A stretch of 64,000 nucleotides of DNA from Eledone cirrhosa (lineage: Eukaryota). The translations under genes and the position numbers were made by a program. Location of the stretch: assembly GCA_964016885.1 (NCBI GenBank), contig OZ024761.1:682001-746000 (forward strand), read 5' to 3'. Below, one piece after another: positions 53,465 through 64,000 of the stretch (position 1 is the stretch's first letter; the number at the start of each line of letters is the position of its first letter). A model generated the notes under the pieces. The model was not told the origin of the DNA. It did not search any database and was given only the letters and a program-made list of their open reading frames with translations.

Positions 53465-55900
53465 TCATCCTCATCATTATCATCGTTTAACGTCCATCTT
53501 CCACGCTTGCATGGGTTTGGACGGGAGTTTTCCCACTTGAGGCAAGATTTGTTGTCCTGCTCGTATAGGACTGTCTGGCGGGTTTTCTACGGCTGGATGC
53601 CCTTCCTAACACCAACCACGTTTACAGTGTGGACTGGGAGGTTTTTACCGTGTTACCTACATGACCACATTACAGTGTGGACTGTGTGTGTTTTTGTCGT
53701 GACACCTACACAACCTCGTTTGTTTCGGACTGGACGTTGTGGTACCAACATAACTTTACATCAAGAGGGGTGGTGTGGATGGGGTGGGGGTAGTGGGATG
53801 GGTGTGTATTTTGTTAGAGGTGCCTACTGACTGTAGGTTTTGCTTTGTACTTAGGCAAGGCAGGTCTTCTGTATGACTGTGTAGCGCCAAAGATCTCGGT
53901 CCAGTGACATTGTCTTGGAGAGGTGTAAGTGTGTGTGAGGTCGGAATTTATCAAGTCGTCCCAGGTTTTTCTGGGTCTGCTTACTCCGTGGCTACCGTCT
54001 ATTTTTATCGCCCTGCACTTTTTTTATACAGCTGTCATCTTTCATGCGCATCACGTGACCGTACCAACGTAGTCTTCTCCCGTGTAAACAACATCTGATC
54101 CCTCTTATTTCTAATTTCTCCCTTAGTTCGTTCACATATATTACTATTACACATCCAGCGGAGCATGCAAGCTTCGTTTCTTTCCAGTCTGCGTATATCC
54201 TCTGCACACAATGCCCAGGTCTCACTGCCATGTAACATTGCTGTTCGTATGCAGGCATCATACAGCCTGCCTTTCATTTTTAGAGAGAACCCTTTAGCGG
54301 CCAATAGTGGTATAAGCTCTCTGAACTTTTTCCATCACGTTCTGACTATAGCTACTGTACTTTCAGAGCACCCTCCCCCACTGCTGAATTTGTCACCCAG
54401 GTAACGGAAGCTGTCCACTATTTCTATAGAACCATCTGTGCAATGGAATGAGCTAGTATTCTGTGGGCACTTGCTGCTACTTATTGCACCAGAGCACCGG
54501 CCACATATAAAATCTATATTCTTAGTTAGCTTACCTGTGATCCCACTACATCTTTTATGTACCCATACTTTGCATTTGGGACATAAAATGGAGTTTCTGC
54601 CTAGTCCTTTCCTACACACTGAGCATGGCCATTTCCCAGATGGGACCGGTGCCCTATTTTCCTTCCTACAAACTAGAACTTTAGTCTTAGACAAGTTAAC
54701 TTTAAGGCCTTTTGATTCAAGGCCATGCTTCCATGTTTGGAATTTCTTCTCTAGTTCAGGCATTGATTCAGCTATGAGCGTTAGATCATCTGCATATAAG
54801 AGTTCCCATGGGCAGCCGGTCTTGAACTCCTCTGTTATAGCCTAAAGGGCAATAATAAATAGTAGGGGGCTAAGAACGGAGCCCTGATGAACACCAACTT
54901 TTACGCTAAACTCTTCACTATATTCGTTGTTAATTCTAACCTTGCTGACTGTTTCTTTATACATGACTTGTATAGCTCTCACAAGCCATTCATCAACACC
55001 TAGTTTTCTAAGCGCCCACCAGATAATGGAGCGGGTGACTCTGTCAAAGGCTTTCTCCAAGTCAACAAAAGCTAAGTATAGGGGTTTACTTTTAGCTTGG
55101 TACTTCTCCTGTAGTTGTCGTACAATGAAAAGAGCATCTGTTGTACTTTTACCTGACACAAACCCGAACTGCATTTCATCCAGATCAATTCGCTCTCTGA
55201 TTAGTTGCGCTATTACTTTTTCTGTGACCTTCATGACCTGGTCGATTAATTTAATGCCTCTATAGTTTCCCCTATCTAGAGCATCTCCTTTACCCTTGTA
55301 GCAGTTAATGATGATGCTGCTACGCCAGTCCTTCGGAACGGCCCCATTCTGTAAGACTTGGTTTACTATCCGGGTGACCATAGTGTGTCCCACCGTTCCA
55401 GATGCTTTCAGCATTTCAGCAACTATTTCCGAAGGCCCAGCCGCCTTGCCCGTCTTCATATCTTTGATTGCCTTACTTATTATACTACCTTCAACTAGCA
55501 CTGCTGGTCCCTCTACTGGATCGATGCGGGGGAGACTGTCTTTCTCCCATTTATTGTCCTCATTTAGTAGCCTTTCGTAGTGACACTTCCAAGATACCTT
55601 CTTATCAGCGTCAGTGATGGCAAGTACACCATCATCATTAAGGACACACTTCTCCGCAAAAATATCACGGTTTTCCTTGACACATTGCCTAGCAATCCTG
55701 AACACCTCACGTTTTTGGTCCCCACGTTGTAGAACATGCTTGAACTTTCTTTCCTCTGCTTCCCTTCTTGCGAAGTACACTTGTCTCCTAGCTTGCCACT
55801 TGATAGTCTTCTCTACTTCCCCCATCCCGCCATACTTTCCAAGCCTGCTTTTTGGCCTTAATTGACTCCTCCACCTTACTGTTCCACCACCACGTTACTC
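53465..55900 (-). mobile_element. 5'-truncated RTE-type LINE (RT, PHD-like finger, C-terminus, 3' UTR) inside a striatin intron
   Basis: NYRGIKL, QFGF, AFVDLEKAFDRV, GVHQGSVLSPLLF, PWELLYADDL, FRYLG, LRWYGHVMR. In-frame stops at 54842 and 54335 and a frameshift near 54150; (GAT)n tail. Confidence 0.93.
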
Positions 55901-56298
55901 TCCTCCTGCCTGTTTGTTGTTTTGAATATCAGATATTCAAAACAACAAACAACGGAGGACGCGTTTCGCACCTGTCCGACAGACAACCTTTCCCCCACCC
56001 CGGAAAAAACCCCCAGTTGATGGATGTGAATCCGAAATATATAGGGACAATTAAATCTCTCCCAAGGTAACTCTCTCTCGTGTTGTTATTTTTATTTTAT
56101 CCTTTATACTCTTTCCTTCATTCTTCCACACATCTTATACACGCCACGCATCTCAACATACACCCACTTACATCTCTCTCTCCACCACCGGATCTTGTTA
56201 CCCGGAGATTTACCCATTTGCATTGTCGAGGCTTCCTAACGACTTAAAGATATTTACTTATTATTCCACAATGCTTCAAGCAAACTTCAATACTCTCT

Positions 56299-56358
<60 letters not shown>

Positions 56359-57958
56359 AGTATTGAAGTTTCTGTTGTAAATTGAAAAAGTCATAGGAGT
56401 GAAGAGTGCTCTATGTAAGTTACAGAGCTAAATTTGTTCTTCACTTTCCTTAAATTACGCTCTTTACAGACTTCTCTTTCTGATTTACTTTTATTTTTAA
56501 CTTTATTTTTACTTCACATCCACCAGTGACCCCCCCACCCCCTACTTTTTAAGTCACTTACTTTATATCTTCACAATTTTACATATTTTATTTCCCCCTT
56601 TTCTTTCACTACCTGATAACACATGTCACTTGCGTTTTCAACTCCAGATATATTCTGTTGTCCCTCAGCCGCTTTTATGTATGTTTACTTGCGTATAATT
56701 TGTACTCATTTATTCATACGGCTGGTTTTTATATTGTATGTATGCGTGTAAGTGTGCATGTGTGTGTATACGTGTTTGTATACGTATACGAATGCATTCG
56801 TATGTGCGCGTGTATGTGTATATGTGTGTGTGTATATGTGTTTTTATATCTATGTTTTTTACATACTTATATATATGTGTGTATATGTATATGTATATAT
56901 ATATATGTGTATATATATATATGTTATATATATATATATATGGTTGCGTGCGTGTGATTAGATGTACATGTATCTATATATATATGTGCTTCGTGTGTAT
57001 ATATGCGCGCTTTTGTATGTATGTACACATGTATGTGCTTTTGTCTGTACGTATTTATATATATATTTTTATATATATGTGTGTGTACGAACCTATGTAT
57101 GTTTTTTATTTTTTCTAGTGTTACTTTATAATTGATAACCCCTCCCTCTTACTTTCTCTTTGATTTAATTTTTTTTATTCTCATATATTTTTCATTTTTT
57201 TATTTTCATATTTTATATTTTTTATATATGTATCGACCTTCAGCCTGACACTGCTTTGACTGATACACTCCCTTCCCTGTATCACTTGCATGTATGTGGT
57301 TGCGCGTGTGTGTGTGTGTGTGTTTATACGTGTGCTTTCATACTTGTATGTGTATATATTTCAATCCTTAGTCCCTGAGTCTGTATGTACGTTAACTCTA
57401 TTATCTTACAATTTCTTTTTTCAACATATATTATATACGTATTTGAGGTCACACATACACTGATATGTATGTACTTACGCACACATTTTTTCACTATACA
57501 CATGCATTTGTACATACACACATATGTACATTTGTAGGTGCATATACACACATTTATACACATACCCTTACTATATTTCCTTATTTTATTTTTATATATC
57601 TCTTGCATTACTTTTATTTATATATTTTTTTTGCCCGTTAAACTTTTGCCTTTCTTGAGGAGATTTTTCAAATATTTCACTGTTTTAAATTGCCTTGTCT
57701 GACGAACAAATGAGGATGTTTCTTGTATTCGTCTTATTCGGGAAACCTCTGATAATGAGGTAATTATATTGTATTGTTTATTATACATTATATATATATA
57801 TATACATACATACACACACACACATACACTAGATCTACCTTTCCAATCCACATAGCTTGTTTCACAGTGGGACAACTCATCTAACCCATTCTAAAATGGA
57901 AAAAAATGGATATTTGATACTTAAGAGTATCAAAAGCCAACAGAGAGAGAATACTCAC

Positions 57959-58116
57959 ATCATAGGCCTGTGGGTCTGCTTCGTTGGCTACTGTTAGTCC
58001 TGCTAACTCTCCAAGGCCTAGCGCTGCCTCAAGTGCTTCGTTCTCTGCTCCTGGAACTCCAATCATCGGTCTCTTGGAAGGTGCTGGAAAAGATATGGAG
58101 CCATTGCCTTGAACAC
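57959..58116 (-). CDS. STRN3: Striatin exon (pre-WD40 linker); most 5' exon confidently found
   Basis: VQGNGSISFPAPSKRPMIGVPGAENEALEAALGLGELAGLTVANEADPQAYD, matching the conserved LGLG(E/D)LA.LTV.N(E/D)AD motif; AG and GTGAGT boundaries. Confidence 0.9.
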
Positions 58117-58944
58117 CTGTTAAACATACAAGGGAAAGAAACTACTGAAGCAGAAACTGGCACTATGGCACAGTGGAGCAACAGCCAGCAAAATATTGTC
58201 CTTACTCAGTGGCGCCACCTGTCTTCAGAAATTGGTGAAATAAATTGTGATCAATTGAGGGACAAAAAGAATAAATCAATGAAATATTAATAAAGGGGCA
58301 TTACAATGTGTATTGTAGATCTCAGAGGGTCTTGCTCCAGGGCATCTGTGAATGAAGGCCAGGTGGATTTCATGTGAACAGCATCGGTTAGTGTCAAATG
58401 GAGAGGGGGTCTTTTATGTGGTCGGCATCTGTTAGTGTCAAATGAAATTTTTGGGGGGACCATGTGGCAAGTATCTGTTCTGGTTCAGCCTAAAGTTTTT
58501 TCTTTAAATGCCCAAGACACGCTGTATGTCACTACAGTACCTCTAGGACACCACCAGGAGATGGGAGCCCATACATCCACATGCAGTAGCAGTGGAATTT
58601 GAACTTAAATAAAGCATTCAGTAGCTTAAATTTTAACCCTTGCTCAAAAGCCAGAGTCATGGGGTCAAGAATTATTTGACCGGTTGACACAAAAATGAGG
58701 AAAGATAGAAAGGAGAAGAGAGGAGAGAGGAGGGAGGTGGAAGAATGGTCGTAAGTGGTCATGAAGGAGCAGAGGTGGGGCAGGTTGATGTAATGGTAGT
58801 TAAGCTAGTAAGCAACACATGCAGAAGTAATAGTGATAGTAGCAACATCAAGAGCAGCCACAACAACAATAACGAAAATGACAAACATCTATTGTATATG
58901 TAGTGATTATAAATATATATATATATATAAATATATATACATAC

Positions 58945-59520
58945 ATGCACCCTAGATATATCTACTACGTACACACACATTGTCACATCACTTCACTATA
59001 TATACACCCTAGATATTTCAACTCTACATAGTCACATCACTTCACTATATATACACCCTAGATATTTCTACTCTACACAGTCACATCACTTCACTTTATA
59101 TATACCCTAGATATGTCTACTCCACACAGTCATATCACTTCACTATATATACACCCTAGATATTTCAACTCTACATAGTCACATCACTCCACTATATATA
59201 CACCCTAGATGTGTCTACTCTACATAGTCACATCACTTAATTATATATACACCCTAGATATTTCTACTCTACACAGTCACATCACTTCACTTCACTTTAT
59301 ATATACCCTAGATATGTCTACTCTATACACAGTCACATCACTTCAGTTTATATACACACTAGATATGTCTATTCTACAATCATATCACTTCACTATATAT
59401 ACACCCTAGATATTTCTACTCTACACACACACTGTCACATCACTTTACTTTATATACACCCTATATATATATATATACTATGCATACATTGTCACATCAC
59501 TTCACTTCATATACACCCTA
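58945..59520. repeat. 49-bp minisatellite, ~11 copies
   Basis: Unit gtcacatcacttcactatatatacaccctagatatttctactctacaca. Confidence 0.9.
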
Positions 59521-59521
59521 A

Positions 59522-59556
<35 letters not shown>

Positions 59557-60159
59557 TATTGACCTTAATTTGGCACAAATATTTCATCAGCCATTTGTCT
59601 TCTTTCCTCACAATTCTTTTCATTTGTTCATCCATTTTACTTTTCCTTGCCCCACCATAGTCTTGTGTCATCCTCTACATACAGACATCTGCCCACCTCT
59701 CTCATTGCGTCTTCATATCAACAAATTATGAAGCCAGTGGTTATGTTTGTTCATGGCCTTCATAAGCAATACATCCTGCAGCTAATAGGTTTGACAAACG
59801 GCATGAGTATATACCATAAGCACATAAGATATTCAAGAGGACATCCCTTCACACATGCTCTAGCAGGTACTAGTCGTATATGTCGCAATATATTATAGAT
59901 ACTGGAGGGGCATGAATGCCATCACTTCAAGTACATGCTCTGGCAGGAAACCAACTCTATGTTTTCTGATTCAAATGCAACCTTAGACATCAAAAGCAAA
60001 TAAATATTGTTTCCACAAGCAAAATGAAAAGATATCTTTACAAAATGTATAATATATATATATATATATGCAAAAGTTCTATTTAAAATTGTTGGGATAC
60101 AACAAGTAAACATTTTAATAGGGTACGTCAAAGCTTATTTGTAAAACTGTTATATATTG

Positions 60160-60224
60160 TATTTTGTCTGATGAAGGCATACCATAATTTAATTTGGTAT
60201 CCCTGAAATATGTATAATGAAATA
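60160..60224 (+). ncRNA. Type I hammerhead ribozyme motif (family B, dispersed copy)
   Basis: UAUUUUGU-CUGAUGA-AGGCAUACCA(loop)UGGUAUCCCU-GAAA-UAUGUAUA/AUGAAAUA; predicted cut after 60216. Confidence 0.75.
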
Positions 60225-60264
60225 AATATGGTTTTATAAATATAGTTTCCATTTATTAATATCG

Positions 60265-60349
<85 letters not shown>

Positions 60350-60413
60350 AAAGTTCAGTAAGTCCGAAGAAAACCGGTGAAAGAACCAAGGTCAGCACTC
60401 GATGCAGAGCAGA

Positions 60414-60650
60414 GTGTATATAATAAGAACAAAGTGGAGGTGCTACATAGGAGATTTATTGCTAAATCCTGGTTACAAATGTTTCTCAAGCAACCAGCTC
60501 TTGATCTGAGGATCAGGCAGACTTGGAGTCTGGTCTGGGGTGCCAATCCAGATCATAAGCCGGCTGCTTCAGAAACATTTGTAACCAGGATTGAGCAATA
60601 CATCTCTGATGTAACACCTTCACTTTGTTGTTGTTCTTATATATATACAC
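60414..60650. repeat. Long imperfect inverted repeat (~90-bp arms)
   Basis: aacaaagtggaggtgctacat..aatcctggttacaaatgtttct..gatctg pairs with cagatc..agaaacatttgtaaccaggatt..atgtaacaccttcactttgtt. Confidence 0.85.
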
Positions 60651-60795
60651 ATAATATTTGTACAGATTAATAGTTTAAGCAAATAATTTCTGGTTTCACC
60701 ATAAGCAAGGTCATCAGATGATCCAGCTTTGGGTGAGAACAGAAATTTATTGTTTAAACACTATCTGTACTAATAATAAATATTTGCTCCATGGG

Positions 60796-60843
<48 letters not shown>

Positions 60844-61289
60844 ACCCTTATTGAGTCTTCTTTGGATTTTGGTCTTTGTACTTATTATTACTATATATAT
60901 ATATATATATATATAATATGAATATATGTAAGTGGATGAACAATTGTCATATGTCAAAAGGAGGAGAACAATATATAACAAAGAGTTAAATTCCTCATTT
61001 TGTCTTTTTTTCCATGATGATGATGATGATGGTATCTACCTGTCTATGGTAGCACCAATAACACTGTTAGAACTCCATGTAGTATAGAAGTAATAATTCC
61101 AATGAAATCAGGTGATGAGAGTTCTTGTCTTTGTAGTAGACTTTTGTCACTGTTGTAATTATATATATATATATATACACACACATGTATGTATATATAT
61201 ATATATATATAGTGATTGCTTCATCTTTGCAGATGATTGCCGTCTCCCTATGCACCCCCATCAATTGTCACCTTCTCCAAACATCCATT

Positions 61290-61425
61290 CTTGGCTTCTA
61301 AGTCCAGCATTAGATTTGCAGAGTCTGCAGCAAATATGACAGACAAAAGATGTGCTCTCTATTGGATTGATTAGGTCAGTTTGTGGGATGTCATCCTTAT
61401 GTACCCTCCTATGCCTTTGAAGAGC
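61290..61425 (-). mobile_element. C2H2-finger tail fragment of a zinc-finger RTE LINE
   Basis: LQRHRRVHKDDIPQTDLINPIESTSFVCHICCRLCKSNAGLRSQ. Confidence 0.65.
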
Positions 61426-61437
61426 AAATATACATAC

Positions 61438-61598
61438 AATTAGTTACAACAGTGACAAGAACAGGGACTTAAGTTTCCTTGGGTTATTCACCCCAACTCA
61501 TTCAGCTTGGTGGGAAGCCATTTTTAATTATATGACAGGCTGAATGAGTTTGGGTGTATAAACTTAAGTACCTGTATATGTGACTGTTGTAACTAATT
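61438..61598. repeat. Imperfect inverted repeat (~60-bp arms)
   Basis: aattagttacaacagt..acttaagttt..caactcattcagc pairs with gctgaatgagttt..aaacttaagt..actgttgtaactaatt. Confidence 0.8.
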
Positions 61599-62694
61599 AT
61601 ACTTAACTCGTCCTATGGACTGAGTGCTCTAAATCCTTGTATATTTATACCAAATTTATACTACCTTATATATGGTTTGCTAATTTGTTGTGGAACTAAC
61701 TAACTATATATATATACATATATATATATATAGGATAACAAGGTATCGTTTAAGGTAATCCAGCTAGAGGTTGTGAGTACTCTGTGTTGTGGATAGTTTT
61801 AACATATGGCATTGTTTGACTCAACACAAAGTTTCCTTAGTCAGGTGGCCGGTTTAAGAAAGTTATTAGGCAAGTGGTTCTTTGGTTCTTGGACTAATAA
61901 TAGTAAAAGAATGAAGAATAACATGATCAGCCGACCATGTTATTCTTCATTCTTTTACATACATATATATATATATATATATATACATATAATCTTTGGG
62001 TTCGTCTGTGAGGCAATGCAAGCTGGAGTGGATAATCACAGTAGTGAGTATAAGTGAGAGCATGAGTGCCTGAGTTTGAGTGCGACTACAAGTGTTGATA
62101 AAGGAGACAACTTTAGGATCTGTCAGTCTGTCTGTTCTGTTTGTCCATCTTAGGTTCTCAAGCTAAAACAATCACTAAATAGCTAGATAAATACAAAAAT
62201 AAGCTCAACTAAAACAACAATAACAGCATTACAGCAACGTAAAATAATTATAAATTTGAAAATTGAATTAGAAGATTTCACCGTAAATTTTACTATTCTC
62301 GGGTCTCAAATAATCGTCCCCATCCCTGCTTGTTAATTTTTCAGATTTTTTCTACCCTCATTCGTTAAAATTTGCTAATCTTTCTCTGTCAACATTTTAT
62401 TTTAAGTTGTAGCATTGCTGCAGCATTTAATTTACTTTGTACATTAAAAAACATTATACTTGACAAAAAAAGAACATTACTAGAAATCCCATACATTATA
62501 AAATAAATAGGATTGGTTGGGGCCTCATTAAGTAAACTAAATGACAATTCCTGGTTTTTAAACAAAATCAAAGGAGACAACCTGGAAAAATTACAGATGT
62601 TTCATCTTCATCACTTATTCCAACCCCAACACCTGCTTATTCAAACCACACCTATTATTTAGGACCCAAGAGTAACAAATATATATATATATCA

Positions 62695-63063
62695 TCATCA
62701 TCATTTTACGTCCGCTTGGGTGGGATGGGAACTGATTCTGGCTTGATTTCTACAGCTGGATGCCCTTCCTAACACCAACATCATTTTACAGTGAGTGCTG
62801 GGTGCTTTTTTTTCGAGGCGCATACACGTCCACTTTACAGTGTGGACTGGGTGCTTTTTTGCTGTGGCACCTCCACGACCACTTTGCAGTGGAATGATAG
62901 GGACTCCAGTCCCTATCATCTCATTTCTACAGCTGAGTAAACTGGAGCAATGTAAAATAAAGTGTCTTGCTCAAGGAAACAACACATCACCTGGTCTGAG
63001 AATTGAACTCATAACCTTTCGACTGCAAGGCCAATGCTCTAGCCACTAAGCCATGTGCCTCCA
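62695..63063 (-). mobile_element. tRNA-derived CORE-like SINE
   Basis: Reverse complement of the 24815 family; a LINE-tail fragment follows in the opposite orientation at 63255-63542. Confidence 0.85.
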
Positions 63064-64000
63064 TATATATACTGTCAGACAGAATAGCCACAAACATATG
63101 GTGATGATGAGGGTGAAGAGGCTTATATCAGACTTATCGTTTATGAAAATTACTGATTTTCCACTGCCATTCCTGCTTATTTCATTCAACCCCCAGCCTT
63201 ATTGTTTGGGACCACGCGAGTAAATAAAATAGTCTTATAATACCAGGTCACGACAAAAAGTACCCGGCACACATTTGCAGAAGGGCATCCAGCCATAGAA
63301 AACCAGCCCCCAAACACCCAGCCCACACTGTAAAGTGGATGTGTAAAAGACACAGCAAAAAGCACCCAGCATACACTGTCAATGTGGTTGGCGTTAGGAA
63401 GGGCATCCTGCCGTAGTAGAAAACCAGCCAGAAACTCTCCTATATGAGCGAGACATGATCACCCGAGACAACTTGCCTCTAAATGGGACAAACACGTCTA
63501 ACCCATGCTAGCATGGAAGATAGACGTTAATCGGCGATGATGTATAAACCCTCTATTTTATTTAGTCAAAGCTACAATGAAATCTTCTCATTCATTTTTC
63601 AAATTTTGCTTGTCATTTTCTAAACATGTGCTTATTTAATTATAATATATATACACAAAGCTAATTTTCAAACAAATCTAAGCTCTGTATCATATATACA
63701 CACACAGGTGGGTTCCCGATTGAGATTGGGAAGTGACCACAGTTCAAAAATGTACTCAATAGGTTGGTTGAGTATAGGCATATTTATTTTATATAGAAAT
63801 GACTGCTACAGGATAAGAACTGTTTATCATTCAAATTAAATCATCTTACGAATGAAACAGTTCTAGTCATGTAGGAGTTATGTTTATATATGCAAATAAA
63901 TAAAATTGACAAACATAACACACAAAAAAAATAATAGATATTTAAATATAACAATTTTTTAAAAATTATTAAAAACACAGCAAAACAACAACAACAACAA

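Noticed and set aside
54335-54844. In-frame stops in the LINE as possible recoding (selenocysteine or readthrough)
   Set aside because: One is TAG, neither is at a cysteine position, and the copy is also frameshifted and truncated; ordinary decay.
57695-57760. CUGACGA...GAAA motif (similar decayed motif near 10075-10110)
   Set aside because: Stems I and II cannot be paired convincingly; too degenerate to call.
58680-58810. Possible additional striatin exon
   Set aside because: The open frame is low-complexity and has no similarity to the striatin linker; splice sites are weak.
61270-61330. AG..GT-bounded segment resembling a striatin exon
   Set aside because: Better explained as the C2H2 tail of a LINE in another frame.

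Overview
AT-rich, microsatellite-dense animal genomic DNA. The repeat families suggest a coleoid cephalopod, probably Octopus (inference). One host gene is well supported: the 3' part of a striatin-family gene (STRN3/Cka-like, WD40 C-terminus) on the minus strand, with nine GT-AG exons from 58116 down to the TGA stop at 43786-43788; its 5' exons were not found. Nearly all the rest is transposon-derived: RTE-type LINE fragments (some with a C-terminal triple C2H2 zinc finger, one with a PHD-like finger after the RT), tRNA-derived SINEs sharing the LINE 3' tail, a decayed Helitron with an intact CTAG end, TTAA-ended piggyBac-like MITEs, two Penelope-like elements (PLEs) with GIY-YIG remnants, and TE-derived minisatellites. 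The most notable unannotated signal is a set of minimal type I hammerhead ribozyme motifs, folded by eye. Two are canonical and sit in a non-coding 466-bp tandem unit (417-1368). Three lie in a ~1.1-kb tandem array (6305-8703), and a dispersed homologue at 60160-60224 shows compensatory base-pair changes. Several core-variant motifs occur in PLE terminal repeats. This layout resembles non-autonomous retrozymes that could release circularisable RNAs, sitting beside the PLEs that might mobilise them. Ribozyme activity is untested. Most short ORFs in the track are translations of microsatellites. No rRNA, true tRNA gene or CRISPR array was seen.
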